Shown here in pieces: positions 8,840 through 18,793 of a DNA stretch of 33,176 nt (position 1 is its first letter; each line of letters starts with the position of its first letter). Made by a program: the position numbers and the translations under genes. The DNA comes from a virus (taxonomy: Duplodnaviria; Caudoviricetes). The stretch lies in the IMG/VR virus record IMGVR_UViG_3300033067_000837, positions 1-33,176 of that record. One strand, given 5' to 3'. The notes under the pieces were generated by a model. It made no database searches and was not told where the DNA came from. It was given only the letters and a program-made list of their open reading frames with translations.

Positions 8840-8840
8840 T

Positions 8841-9731
8841 ATGGCTCAAAATTACGGCGATAATCAGATAAACTGGGGCCAATGGCAATCCATGCCTGAT
8901 TATCGGGCGGGGATGGTCAATAAAAACCGTAGCGCCATTGGTGCAATACTTAAGATGGACCCAACATCAAAGTGGAATCCTGTCTCAAAAACGCTGCACG
9001 AGGGTGAAGATAGAATATTGACTGGCGCCAACCAAGTTTTAGCGCCGATACTCAAGTTTGAAAGCGAAACCGGAGGCCAAGCAGACCCGATACGCCAAAC
9101 CTTAAGCCAGATTGCACCGGAAACGCATAAGCAATACCAAGATTGGTGGAACAATCACGGCGCGGATATTGCAGCGATTGCAGCTTTGACCTATGTTACC
9201 GGCGGAGCTGGCACTAAGGCGGCAGTCGGGGCAGGGGAAACTACAGGCGCAACAGCAGCACCAGCGGCAAGCGGCAGTTCATTATCAACCGGAGGTCTTG
9301 CCGGATCGACAGCCGCGACAACGAATGCGATAACACCGGCCTTAGCCTATGCCGGAGGCGTAGCCGAACCAGTAACAGCCGGCTCTGTCACGGGCGGCGG
9401 CATCTTATCCGCATCAGCTCCGGGAACCCTTGGCGCGGTTGGAACCAATGCAGCATTGCAGGCATTAACACCTGCCTTTGCAACTTATGGCGCATCGACC
9501 GGCGCAGGTTCAGCTGCATTAAAAGGCATCAGGCAAGCTAACGCTTACCGTGCCAATATTAACACCATTAAAGGCACCGATACTGCGCCAAGCGACAAAC
9601 AGCGGTATAATGCAATGGCTGAACAGCTATCGCAACAGATATTAAAGAGCGGCGAAAAAGGGCCGCAGAATGATAAAATGAAGAAAATGGCGAATCAGAT
9701 TTACATGAACCGTTTTGCAAGAGGGTATTAA
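8841..9731 (+). CDS. Ala/Gly/Thr-rich probable internal virion / ejection protein
   Basis: ATG 8841 directly after the upstream stop; hydrophobic IAAIAALTYVTGGAG followed by a long Gly/Ala tract. Confidence 0.55.
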   Translation: MAQNYGDNQINWGQWQSMPDYRAGMVNKNRSAIGAILKMDPTSKWNPVSKTLHEGEDRILTGANQVLAPILKFESETGGQADPIRQTLSQIAPETHKQYQDWWNNHGADIAAIAALTYVTGGAGTKAAVGAGETTGATAAPAASGSSLSTGGLAGSTAATTNAITPALAYAGGVAEPVTAGSVTGGGILSASAPGTLGAVGTNAALQALTPAFATYGASTGAGSAALKGIRQANAYRANINTIKGTDTAPSDKQRYNAMAEQLSQQILKSGEKGPQNDKMKKMANQIYMNRFARGY

Positions 9732-9732
9732 C

Positions 9733-11247
9733 GTGGCAATGAATGCAGACCAACTAAGGGGTGAATATCAATCGATTAAGCGCCGCCAAGCCATTGCACA
9801 GATGTTAATGCAACAAGGGCAGGAGCCTATACAGACAAATCAAACGGCTGGCGGCTATGTCGTGCCTGTTTCGCCATTGAGCGCTATATCCAAAATGGCC
9901 CAGCAACTGAGCGGCGCGTATATAGGTAAAAAGACGGACGAACGGCAACAAGCCTATGACAAAAATAAATCAGCATTACAAGCACAAGCCATTAGCGACT
10001 ATACCAATTCGCCGGACAAAAGAGCGGCAGCGATTAGTGTTATATCAAATCAAATGTTGCCGCCTGAGATTAAGGCGGCTGCTATTAATGAATTAAAAAG
10101 CCAAAATAAGCAACAATTGCCAAAATCAGGGACACCTGGTCAATTTTTTATTCCAGCAGGAGCAAAACCTGAAAACTTTGACGGGTTGCAAGGATTTAGG
10201 CTTCCAGATGGATCATTTATCCCAAGCCGTGCGGCTATGACGGATTACCAAAAGGAAGTAACTGACCCTGTTAAACGCGCCAAAGTTTCATTGGCAGTTG
10301 AAGGTACAAAAGGAGTTAAAGCGACCGACTCACAAGGGCATACATTCTATGCCCCGCAAAGTTCGCTTAACCCTGATTTTAACCCGACCAACACCATCCC
10401 CAATCTTATTAACGTTGAATCAGGCGGCGATCCTAACGCGGTTAGTTCAGCGGGTGCAGTTGGATCGACGCAAATTATGCCGGACACCGCTAAAAATCCC
10501 GGTTATGGCGTTAAGCCTATCAACACCAATTCAGTACGCGATCAAGTTCGCGGCGGCGCTGATTATTTATTAGGGCTGATGGATGATTATATGAAGCAAG
10601 GAATGCCAGAAGCTAAAGCCTATACAATGGCGCTTGCCGCATACAACCAAGGCCCAGGAAACGTTGCAAGGCGCGGCCCCGGTGCAGGCGGCATAAGCTA
10701 CGCAAATAAAGTTATGGGGCAAAGCCCGGCGGAAGAGGCAATGGCAAAGGCTGAGGCTGTTATACCTGCGACATTGGCGGAAAAACAAGGTTTAAATAAA
10801 CTTGATGTGCAAAAAACGCAAAACGAAAAAACGGCTGCAATGAAGTTTTCAGCACAACAGGCTCAGCCAATACTTGATAAAGTTATGGAACTGTTACCGC
10901 AAGCACCAAGCGGTGGTATGCAAGGAAATGCAAACAGCGCTATGAACTTTTTAGGTATAGACACTAATATGTCACGTGCTCAATCACAACTTGACGCAAC
11001 CGCTGCTGATTTAACATCAAAAGTACCGCGCGCACCGGGTGCACAGTCTGATGTAGAATTAAAGTGGGCGCAAAAACAAGCAGGCGACTTGGCAAATCCT
11101 AATTTGCCTTATCAATCCAGGGTTGCAGCAGCCAAGTATCTTTATGAGCGTAACCAGAAAATATTGAACGGCGAGGAAGTTTCGCCGCCAAAGGAAGCAA
11201 CATCAAATAGTGAACTTGAAGCCTTGCGCAAGAAGTATGCACAATGA
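9733..11247 (+). CDS. Ejection protein with lytic transglycosylase (SLT) domain
   Basis: VESGGDPNAVSSAGAVG.TQIMP.TA, ALAAYNQGPGNV and YANKV motifs. Confidence 0.8.
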   Translation: MAMNADQLRGEYQSIKRRQAIAQMLMQQGQEPIQTNQTAGGYVVPVSPLSAISKMAQQLSGAYIGKKTDERQQAYDKNKSALQAQAISDYTNSPDKRAAAISVISNQMLPPEIKAAAINELKSQNKQQLPKSGTPGQFFIPAGAKPENFDGLQGFRLPDGSFIPSRAAMTDYQKEVTDPVKRAKVSLAVEGTKGVKATDSQGHTFYAPQSSLNPDFNPTNTIPNLINVESGGDPNAVSSAGAVGSTQIMPDTAKNPGYGVKPINTNSVRDQVRGGADYLLGLMDDYMKQGMPEAKAYTMALAAYNQGPGNVARRGPGAGGISYANKVMGQSPAEEAMAKAEAVIPATLAEKQGLNKLDVQKTQNEKTAAMKFSAQQAQPILDKVMELLPQAPSGGMQGNANSAMNFLGIDTNMSRAQSQLDATAADLTSKVPRAPGAQSDVELKWAQKQAGDLANPNLPYQSRVAAAKYLYERNQKILNGEEVSPPKEATSNSELEALRKKYAQ

Positions 11248-12749
11248 CAAAAGATGAATTATTAGCCGACGCAAAAAAGGCGCGTGATCTTGGTGATAAT
11301 GACCTTGAGCTTGCTATTTATAAGAAGCTTGACTCGATACATGAAACCAGCGCCCCAAGCCAATTCCTCTCCGGCATAGGCGGCTCAATCCTGAACCAAG
11401 CTTCAAACGTGGCTGACTTATTGCCGAATAAAGGCATAAGCGAAAAGCTTAGCCAATGGGGTCAGGAAGGCATAAACAATGCACCAGGATCAGCAGGAAA
11501 GGCAGGGCAATTGGTAGGCGATATTGCCCCGTCTATGCTCCTTCCTGGAAGTCTACCAGCTCAGGTTGTAGGCAATGGCTTGCTGACAGCTGCCACAACA
11601 AAAGGCGACCTAAAAGAACGCGCCAAGTCTGGAGCAGAGGCCGCAACCATCAACGCGGTATTGGGAAAGCTAACTGATGTTGCTGGCAATGCCTTTGCGC
11701 AAAAGTTTGCCAAAAGCAAAAAGGCCGCAAATGTTGTAAATGCCGACAGAGCAGGCCGTCAGGCGGCATTAGAAGAGGCGAGGAAAGCAAACTTTGTAAT
11801 AAGTCCTGATGAAGCTAACCCGTCATTCATGAATGAATTGCTTGCCAGTATCGGCGGCAAGGCGGCAACCAAGCAGGCGGTTCAGCAGGCTAATGTCGGC
11901 CCGGCAACAGCGGCGGCTAGAACTGATTTAGGGTTGGCTCCAGATGCCTTGCTTAATGAAAAAACATTTGACGCCTTTATTAAACAAAACTTGAAGCCAT
12001 ATAAAGCCGTCGAAGCTTTGCCAACGCCGCTAAGCCTTGCACAAGGCTATAGCGTAGGCCGTGCTTTGCCAACAGCAAAGCAAGACATGCGGGATCTGAA
12101 AGTAGCTTATGATGATGTTAGGGCGCTTAATCGTGTGCAGGCAGGGCCAAACTTTAGCACAGAGAATAGGGAAAAGATTAACAAGGCTAAAGACTTAATA
12201 AATACCATTGAAAACAGATTTACCCAACGCGCCCAAGCAGCAGGCAAGCCAGAACTTGTTGATCAATTGCAGCAAGCACGTGTTAATTTTGGCAAGCTTG
12301 GAACCGTTGAAGATTCAGTAAACAAGGTAACCGGAACGGTTGACGGCAAAGCATTCGGAAAGCGCATTGACACCGGTAAACCATTAACAGGTGCTATGCG
12401 TGTAGCAGGGGAGCTTGAACAATCATTCCCAAACGCCATACGCGAAGCCGAGAAGATACCAAGCCCAGGTGTTAATCAACTCATGCGAACAATGGCACCT
12501 TTGATGTTTGGCGGGGCCGGGTATCAAGTAGGTGGCAATGAGGGTGCGGCACTCGGCGCTATTGGCTCATTATTAGCGCCAGGCATGGCCCGCAAAATAT
12601 TACTATCGCCAGGCTATCAAAAAGCCTTTGCAAACATACCAAAAGCCGAGGCAAGTAAGACGCTTAAGGTTGCAGAACAGATTTTAAAGAGTAAAATGAC
12701 TAAACGAGTAATTCCAGGAATAAGCAAGGAGATGGCCCAAGATGAGTAG
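11244..12749 (+). CDS. Large internal virion / DNA transfer protein
   Basis: 501 aa, Ala/Gly/Lys-rich and helical with GxxxG segments. Last gene before the tail fibre. Confidence 0.6.
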   Translation: MTKDELLADAKKARDLGDNDLELAIYKKLDSIHETSAPSQFLSGIGGSILNQASNVADLLPNKGISEKLSQWGQEGINNAPGSAGKAGQLVGDIAPSMLLPGSLPAQVVGNGLLTAATTKGDLKERAKSGAEAATINAVLGKLTDVAGNAFAQKFAKSKKAANVVNADRAGRQAALEEARKANFVISPDEANPSFMNELLASIGGKAATKQAVQQANVGPATAAARTDLGLAPDALLNEKTFDAFIKQNLKPYKAVEALPTPLSLAQGYSVGRALPTAKQDMRDLKVAYDDVRALNRVQAGPNFSTENREKINKAKDLINTIENRFTQRAQAAGKPELVDQLQQARVNFGKLGTVEDSVNKVTGTVDGKAFGKRIDTGKPLTGAMRVAGELEQSFPNAIREAEKIPSPGVNQLMRTMAPLMFGGAGYQVGGNEGAALGAIGSLLAPGMARKILLSPGYQKAFANIPKAEASKTLKVAEQILKSKMTKRVIPGISKEMAQDE

Positions 12750-13428
12750 AAACGGTAACGGCGTCTATTTCCCCCCTGGCGCCAACTTTCCGGCAGTTGA
12801 TAATACGGTTATTGAAGCCGACGATTACAATGCCGTAATCAACGATATAACCGTTGCTCTTACACAGTCATTGGCAGCAGACGGGCAGACTACAGTAACA
12901 TCAAATATACCTATGTCAAACCATAAGCTGACAGGCTTGTCAGCGGGGTCAACGGCGGGCGATTCAGTAGAGTATGCACAGTTTCAAGCGGGATTATCCG
13001 GAGTTTCATCGACCTTTCCCGCTACGTTTCCGGCCGGAACTAAATGCTTATTTATGCAAGCTTCTGCCCCTACCGGATGGACAATGGACACGTCTTTTAA
13101 CGATAGGATGCTGTATATCAATAACAGCTCTGGCGCAGACATTGGCGGAACCAGCAATCCATTATTAAACAATACGGTTCCGTCGCATACCCATACGGCA
13201 ACATCAGTTGTTACTGATCCAGGGCACAAGCATACTAATCCCTCATCGTGGCGATCCCTTGGAAGTCAAATTTTCTCGGTTGGATCAAACTGGCTAGGAA
13301 CATCTTCATCGCTTGATACCGGAACAGCCACAACTGGCGTAACGGTAACAACAACAGTTGCTGCAAATTCCGGGGCAGGCAACTGGACTCCTAAATATGC
13401 AACAGCCATTGTGTGTACGAAAAACTAA
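12742..13428 (+). CDS. Short tail fibre protein
   Basis: MSRNGNGVY..P...LT.SLA.DGQTT virion-anchoring N-terminus, FPAGT...F.Q..APTGW collar-like motif, and H-x-H repeats (SHTH, GHKH). Confidence 0.75.
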   Translation: MSRNGNGVYFPPGANFPAVDNTVIEADDYNAVINDITVALTQSLAADGQTTVTSNIPMSNHKLTGLSAGSTAGDSVEYAQFQAGLSGVSSTFPATFPAGTKCLFMQASAPTGWTMDTSFNDRMLYINNSSGADIGGTSNPLLNNTVPSHTHTATSVVTDPGHKHTNPSSWRSLGSQIFSVGSNWLGTSSSLDTGTATTGVTVTTTVAANSGAGNWTPKYATAIVCTKN

Positions 13429-13727
13429 TGAGCATAGAAATAGTTAAAAGCTGTCCATTAGGCGGCAAATGCAGTGAGATAAGAGACAATATTATTCATG
13501 AGTGTGAATGGCTTATTGAGATAGCAGGGATGCACCCCAGCACCGGCGAAAACATCAATCAAAAAAAATGCGCTATGTCATGGATACCCATATTGCTTAT
13601 TGAAAACTCAGCAACAAACCGAGGCCAGACCCAGGCCATAGAATCATTAAGGAATGAAACGGTAGATCATCAAAAGGCCGCCGTCATGACTTTAGCCGGA
13701 ATTTTACAAAAGAGAATAGCACCATGA
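13428..13727 (+). CDS. Cys-rich tail-fibre-associated protein
   Basis: CPLG..C...C.W...G..P.TGE...CA..W.P.LLIE pattern; translationally coupled to the fibre gene. Confidence 0.55.
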   Translation: MSIEIVKSCPLGGKCSEIRDNIIHECEWLIEIAGMHPSTGENINQKKCAMSWIPILLIENSATNRGQTQAIESLRNETVDHQKAAVMTLAGILQKRIAP

Positions 13728-15487
13728 GAATATTATTAATCCTGCTTTTAGTATTAGCGTCGTCATTAACGTCAACTATTGCTTATCCTGATGCATTGTT
13801 AAAGACGTTTAACGCTGAAACTGGAACGGTTGGTCAGTGTGCCCCAACGCCACTGGCCGCAGTTACTTATAATTGCTTAACGATCACCAATAGCCCGGTA
13901 CAAGCTGGAACTAAAGCATATAGTATGCTTTTAACTAATGACGGTTCACTATTTAATGGTGAGCCATTAGCCAAGTATAGAACCGAAATGCGTGGTATTG
14001 TCGATAGTGGATCGACAAGCGTAGCCAGGATGCAATTTGGTCATACTTATTATGTTAGGATTGATTTTTTTCAATCTGCCACACAGTGGCCGGACGATAA
14101 TACATCTGAAAGCTGGCCTATTCAGTTGCACGAAGTTCCATCCTCGTGGACAAATTGGGGCGTTGGTACTTGTCAGCAATCAGCCTTATCGACAGCGCCA
14201 TTTTTCATTAATAACCAAGACGGGATCATGTCTTTCCGGCGCTGGGGCGGCGTTGAGCAGTGGAATCAACGCATAACCAAAGGTGTTTGGCATAAGCTTG
14301 TCATACATATTAAGTTATCAACATCAAGTGATGGCTTTGTCGAAAGCTGGATTGATGGCGTGGCAAAGCCACGTTATACGGGGATTACGCATAGATCATC
14401 AAGCTCTATAAACGTTTATTGTGGGCCAAGCACCACTACAACAGGTGACGTTTCTTTTATTGAACCTCAATATGCTTTTGGTCTATACAAATGGCCTTGG
14501 AAAAATAATGCGACCAGCAATACCAATATTCGCCAAGGTTATCTAGACAATTTATACTGGGCCGAGGACACTGGCGGCGGCACGGCGGCGAGTTTAGTTG
14601 GCGGTACTGACGCGCTCGCGGGCGTAGATACAACGCCTCCAGTTATTAGCGCCATATCTGAAACCAGCATAGGAACAACCAACGCAACGATAAACTTTAC
14701 CACTGATGAGGCGGCTACAACAACCATAAATTATGGCGTAACAACATCCTATGGAACGACTTATACAAATGCGGCGTTAGTTACAACACATACGGCAGCG
14801 TTAACTGGATTAATACCGAATACACAATATAATTACCAGATTCAAACTTCGGATTCATCTGGCAATATCAGGACGCAGGCAAATAGGACGTTTACGACGG
14901 CAGTCGATTTAACAACAGTAGCCCCAATTATTTCATCTGTTGTCGCAACTCCGACCAGTACTGATGCTACTGTCACATGGTCTACAAATGAGTCTGCTAC
15001 GAGTAGAGTTTTGTTTTCATGGGACGCTGGTGCTTCATCATTTGCCGTTTTTCATCCAGCATTTGTAACGAGTCACAGTGTAACAGCATCAGAGGCATCT
15101 GACCTTCCGCCGGCTACGCTTATTAATTATAAAGTAACTGCCAGTGATGTTGACGGCAATTTGACTGATTACTTTGGATCATTTACAACAGATGTTGCCG
15201 TTGCTCCAGTTTTAAACATAACAAATATCATCGCTACATTAGAAAACGATTATATAGTTTTGACATGGACAACTAATAAAGCGGCTACAACTGTAGCCAT
15301 TGTTAACGGATTAACTTACAAAGTATCAGGCTTAAGCACAACTCATACCGTGAGAACAAGCCGAGCAAGGATCGGCGCAGGCACGTTTTCTGTCTCATCA
15401 GTAACGGCAGGGTCAGCGGAATCATTAACTGTTCCAAATATGACTTATTCAATTCTCGCATCATTGCAACAAGATTTAGTTCAATAG
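13724..15487 (+). CDS. Signal-peptide protein with polysaccharide-lyase-like beta-jelly-roll domain plus fibronectin-III-like repeats
   Basis: MRILLILLLVLASS leader; RTEM, IQLH, KGVWH..VIHIK.S...DGFVESWIDG, FGLYK; then DTTPPVIS..., ATI.FTTDE.A...YG.T..YG and HTAALTGL.PNTQY.YQI Fn3 repeats. Confidence 0.65.
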   Translation: MRILLILLLVLASSLTSTIAYPDALLKTFNAETGTVGQCAPTPLAAVTYNCLTITNSPVQAGTKAYSMLLTNDGSLFNGEPLAKYRTEMRGIVDSGSTSVARMQFGHTYYVRIDFFQSATQWPDDNTSESWPIQLHEVPSSWTNWGVGTCQQSALSTAPFFINNQDGIMSFRRWGGVEQWNQRITKGVWHKLVIHIKLSTSSDGFVESWIDGVAKPRYTGITHRSSSSINVYCGPSTTTTGDVSFIEPQYAFGLYKWPWKNNATSNTNIRQGYLDNLYWAEDTGGGTAASLVGGTDALAGVDTTPPVISAISETSIGTTNATINFTTDEAATTTINYGVTTSYGTTYTNAALVTTHTAALTGLIPNTQYNYQIQTSDSSGNIRTQANRTFTTAVDLTTVAPIISSVVATPTSTDATVTWSTNESATSRVLFSWDAGASSFAVFHPAFVTSHSVTASEASDLPPATLINYKVTASDVDGNLTDYFGSFTTDVAVAPVLNITNIIATLENDYIVLTWTTNKAATTVAIVNGLTYKVSGLSTTHTVRTSRARIGAGTFSVSSVTAGSAESLTVPNMTYSILASLQQDLVQ

Positions 15488-15496
15488 GGGTATAAA

Positions 15497-15856
15497 ATGG
15501 CTTTCGACGTAGTTTTAAACAATCAGAAAAAAGTCTTTCATCTGGTCAGCGCAGCATCAACAAATGCAACTGTTGTTAAAGCAAATCCAGGTAAATTGTC
15601 TGGATATTATATCTATAATAACAATGCATCGGCTCGCAAATTAGTTTTTCATGATTCAGCCTCAACGCCAACATCAGGTGCTAGTGTTTACTTTTCGCTG
15701 GTCATCCCGGCACAGTCTGGCGCTAATTGCCCGCTGCCAGAGGATGGCGTTGATTTTGCCAATGGCATAGCCATTACGACCGTGACCGGAATCGCTGATT
15801 CAGATAACACAGCAGTTGCGGCCAATGACTTGACTATCAATCTGTTTTACAAATGA
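15497..15856 (+). CDS. Small beta-rich putative structural protein
   Basis: AASTNATVVKA.PG.L.GY..YN.NA..R.L.F.D pattern; GGGG RBS. Confidence 0.55.
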   Translation: MAFDVVLNNQKKVFHLVSAASTNATVVKANPGKLSGYYIYNNNASARKLVFHDSASTPTSGASVYFSLVIPAQSGANCPLPEDGVDFANGIAITTVTGIADSDNTAVAANDLTINLFYK

Positions 15857-17952
15857 GAGCGTTTGATTTATCGCCGCCTATTGGGTTTCGATGGACTAAC
15901 CCGCCTATTAATCTTAAGCGTAATGGCAATATTATTACGCATGATTTTAATATACGGTCGTTTATACCGTCGATAGCTAAAACCTATTATGTTGACCCTG
16001 TAAACGGCAATGACGCTAATGCTGGAACTACATCAGGTGCAGCACTTAAAAAACTGTCAGTTGCACTGGCTAAATCGGACGTTGATCAAATTATCCTGGT
16101 ATTATCGGCTGACTATATTGCACGTACAACAGACGGATGGAATAACACACAGCCAGGGCGATCAATAAGCGTTATAAACGATACGGGCTTTCATTTTATA
16201 TGCCCAATGGTTAGCTCGTCTGTTGCGCCGACATGGGTAGCGCATGGAACGCTTGCCAATGTTTATAAAACCACCATTACATCGGCCAACTGTTCAAACA
16301 TGACTGATTTTAAACCGTCATCAGATGAATCGTTAAGCTATACAGATCGGTATGGCAATGTCGGCATTCCTACCAATATGATAGGCATGAGGGCTTTCAA
16401 TACGCTTCAAAAAGTAGCGGATGAGGCTTCCGTTGGATCGGCGCCTGGTTCATGGTTCCATAACGGTACAGAAGCGGTTGTTCAGGCAATAGACAGCCGC
16501 AGCCTTATCGGTGACGCGTACATGCAACCCACGGCTAACTCAAATAGCGGTAGACCAGCATCAGTTGCTAATGCAACTACTTATGTTAGAGGTATTGACT
16601 TTGTTGGTGGCCGGCCTTGGTATAACTTTCTTGCATCCGCTACGACCGGTACTACCGTTGCATTTGAGCGCTGCTCATTCCAAGGCGCTAACGTTGTCGG
16701 CGGTAGCTCGGGGCTTAATGTCGCGTCATTTTCAAATGTTTATTTAGATGGATGCCTGGAATGGAAAAACGGCGCAGATGGATTTAACTATCACTCTAAC
16801 GAGGGCGATGGAACAACGGCTAACACATCCCCCAGCGTTATCGAAATCGGTTGCATGGGCGGCTGGTCAGGCACAACCGGAAGCGCGAACGGATCGGATA
16901 ACACGACTACATCACATGATTTTTGCAATGTTATTCGGGTTAATGGTATTTATCTTGGTTCAAGTGATAGGGTGTTGGCCGATACTAACAGCGCGCACAG
17001 TTGGAATCTAGGTTGCTATATAGGGCAGGCGCAGACAGCCTCCGCAGCAAAAGAAAGCGTTGCATCAATCGGAACGGCCTCAAAAATGTGGATTGATTCC
17101 TGTTATGCAGCTCCCGGTAGCAACCCACAATGGATAGCCACCACCGGCGCGACGCTTACTCATTTCAATTCAGGCGCTGTTGTAAATGCGGGTACCGGGG
17201 AGGCCATTGGCACGATTAATAAATTTGTCTGGCAACTGGTTGGCACAGCCTCAAATTCATCGGTAGCGGCAAGCTATAACATAGCCTTGCCAACGACATT
17301 AAAAGAGAATGACCTTGTCATTGTTGTTTATGGTGTTACAAACCCTTCTGATTCAGCGATGGGCGTTAATACGTCCGGGTATACTGAAATAGTGAATGTT
17401 TACGCTGATGATGACCACGACACAAACTTGGCCGTTTCCTATAAATTTATGGGATCAACACCAGACACAGTAGTTAACGTGAATGGTTCAAGCTCATCTA
17501 ATCGTGGATCATCAGGTCTTGTGATGTGCTTCCGGGCTGTTGATATGTTTACACCTATTGATGTAACCACAACGACCGTTACCAGTGCGAACGCTAACGT
17601 TCCAAACCCGCCAAGCATTACGCCGGTAACGGACGGAGCATTGATTATGGCGATAGGCGCGGCATCCGGTATCGGTACAAGTTTTGGCGGCGCTGCGGAT
17701 GCTATTGGATCGGCCCCAAGCGGGTATACTGACCTTACAGCCGTTTCAAGTGCAGGCTTAACTGACTCTCTTGCTGTTATAGCGGCTCTAAAGTTTTGGA
17801 CAGGCGGTGCGGAAGACCCTGGAAACTTTACCGGATTTGACGTGCAGGGCGGCGGAGCCGGAAGTGTTTGTTCTGTTTCGGCAGCTACGGTTGCTTTGAG
17901 GATGAATAGTTCTTATGGCTCAAGTAGTCATTCATTATTAGGAGTTGGATAA
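15853..17952 (+). CDS. Tail spike / depolymerase-like beta-helix protein with extra C-terminal domain
   Basis: YYVDPVNGND.N.G...ALK.L..AL motif, N.ADGFNYH and DNTTTSHD beta-helix-like turns, C-terminal Ser/Thr/Gly-rich domain. Confidence 0.55.
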   Translation: MRAFDLSPPIGFRWTNPPINLKRNGNIITHDFNIRSFIPSIAKTYYVDPVNGNDANAGTTSGAALKKLSVALAKSDVDQIILVLSADYIARTTDGWNNTQPGRSISVINDTGFHFICPMVSSSVAPTWVAHGTLANVYKTTITSANCSNMTDFKPSSDESLSYTDRYGNVGIPTNMIGMRAFNTLQKVADEASVGSAPGSWFHNGTEAVVQAIDSRSLIGDAYMQPTANSNSGRPASVANATTYVRGIDFVGGRPWYNFLASATTGTTVAFERCSFQGANVVGGSSGLNVASFSNVYLDGCLEWKNGADGFNYHSNEGDGTTANTSPSVIEIGCMGGWSGTTGSANGSDNTTTSHDFCNVIRVNGIYLGSSDRVLADTNSAHSWNLGCYIGQAQTASAAKESVASIGTASKMWIDSCYAAPGSNPQWIATTGATLTHFNSGAVVNAGTGEAIGTINKFVWQLVGTASNSSVAASYNIALPTTLKENDLVIVVYGVTNPSDSAMGVNTSGYTEIVNVYADDDHDTNLAVSYKFMGSTPDTVVNVNGSSSSNRGSSGLVMCFRAVDMFTPIDVTTTTVTSANANVPNPPSITPVTDGALIMAIGAASGIGTSFGGAADAIGSAPSGYTDLTAVSSAGLTDSLAVIAALKFWTGGAEDPGNFTGFDVQGGGAGSVCSVSAATVALRMNSSYGSSSHSLLGVG

Positions 17953-18117
17953 ATGATAAATATTGATTGGTCACAAAATAGCACTAAACGCGGGGCCGTT
18001 TGGGTTGTCTTTTCAATCTTTGCGGTAGTGGGCTGGTGGATGGGTAAAGACATAGCACCATTGATGATGATAGCCGGGGCGGTAGCCGGCGGTCTGGGTG
18101 TCGCGTTAAAGGATTAA
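17953..18117 (+). CDS. Holin-like 54-aa membrane protein (not in ORF track)
   Basis: GGAG RBS; MINIDWSQNSTKRGAVWVVFSIFAVVGWWMGKDIAPLMMIAGAVAGGLGVALKD*; two hydrophobic segments; directly before the endolysin. Confidence 0.7.
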   Translation: MINIDWSQNSTKRGAVWVVFSIFAVVGWWMGKDIAPLMMIAGAVAGGLGVALKD

Positions 18118-18118
18118 C

Positions 18119-18793
18119 ATGACACTAAACCAAGAGCAAAAATCGACCATCATCAAGATAGTCAATGTCTTTGAGACTGGTAATCCTGAAGGCGACTATT
18201 CCAGTGTTACCGTTTTGGCAGACGGCCCAAGCGGACAAAGGCAGATTACCTATGGCCGCAGCCAGACGACAGAGCACAGCGACCTTGACGAGCTATTAAA
18301 AACTTATTTTGCTTGCTATGGCATTTATTCTAAAGAGCTGTCTCAATATGTGCCTATGATAGGATCGGGCCTCCTTGCCGATTCTGAGCGCTTTAAAGCG
18401 ATATTAAATCAAGCTGGCGGAGATGCAATTATGCATAAGTGCCAAGATGAGCTGTTTGAGCGCAAATATTGGGATAAGGCAGAAGGCTGGGCCGATGAAA
18501 ATTTGTTTTTTCTTCCATTGTCTATGTTAGTTATTTACGATTCTTATATTCATTCAGGCCATGTGCCAAACTTCCTGCGCGATAAGTTTTCAGAGCCGGT
18601 TCCGGCCAACGGTGGCGATGAAAAGGATTGGGTAAATGATTACACCAGCGTACGGCAAGCATGGCTTAAAACAGCCGCTAATCCAGTATTGCATAGTACG
18701 GTTTATCGTACGCAATGCTTTAAAAATTTAATCAAGGCCGACAACTGGTCATTAGAGCTGCCAATAATGGCACATGGAGTATTGATAAAATGA
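18119..18793 (+). CDS. Endolysin, GH46 chitosanase-like (lysozyme superfamily)
   Basis: IVNVFETG, DG...QITYGRSQTTE, QD..F...YW..A and VIYDSYIHSG motifs. Follows the holin. Confidence 0.7.
   Translation: MTLNQEQKSTIIKIVNVFETGNPEGDYSSVTVLADGPSGQRQITYGRSQTTEHSDLDELLKTYFACYGIYSKELSQYVPMIGSGLLADSERFKAILNQAGGDAIMHKCQDELFERKYWDKAEGWADENLFFLPLSMLVIYDSYIHSGHVPNFLRDKFSEPVPANGGDEKDWVNDYTSVRQAWLKTAANPVLHSTVYRTQCFKNLIKADNWSLELPIMAHGVLIK

Noticed and set aside
831-17011. Many 60-120-aa antisense or alternate-frame ORFs over structural genes
   Set aside because: Shadows of long coding genes, with no RBS or motifs. Only the nested spanin lipoprotein was accepted.
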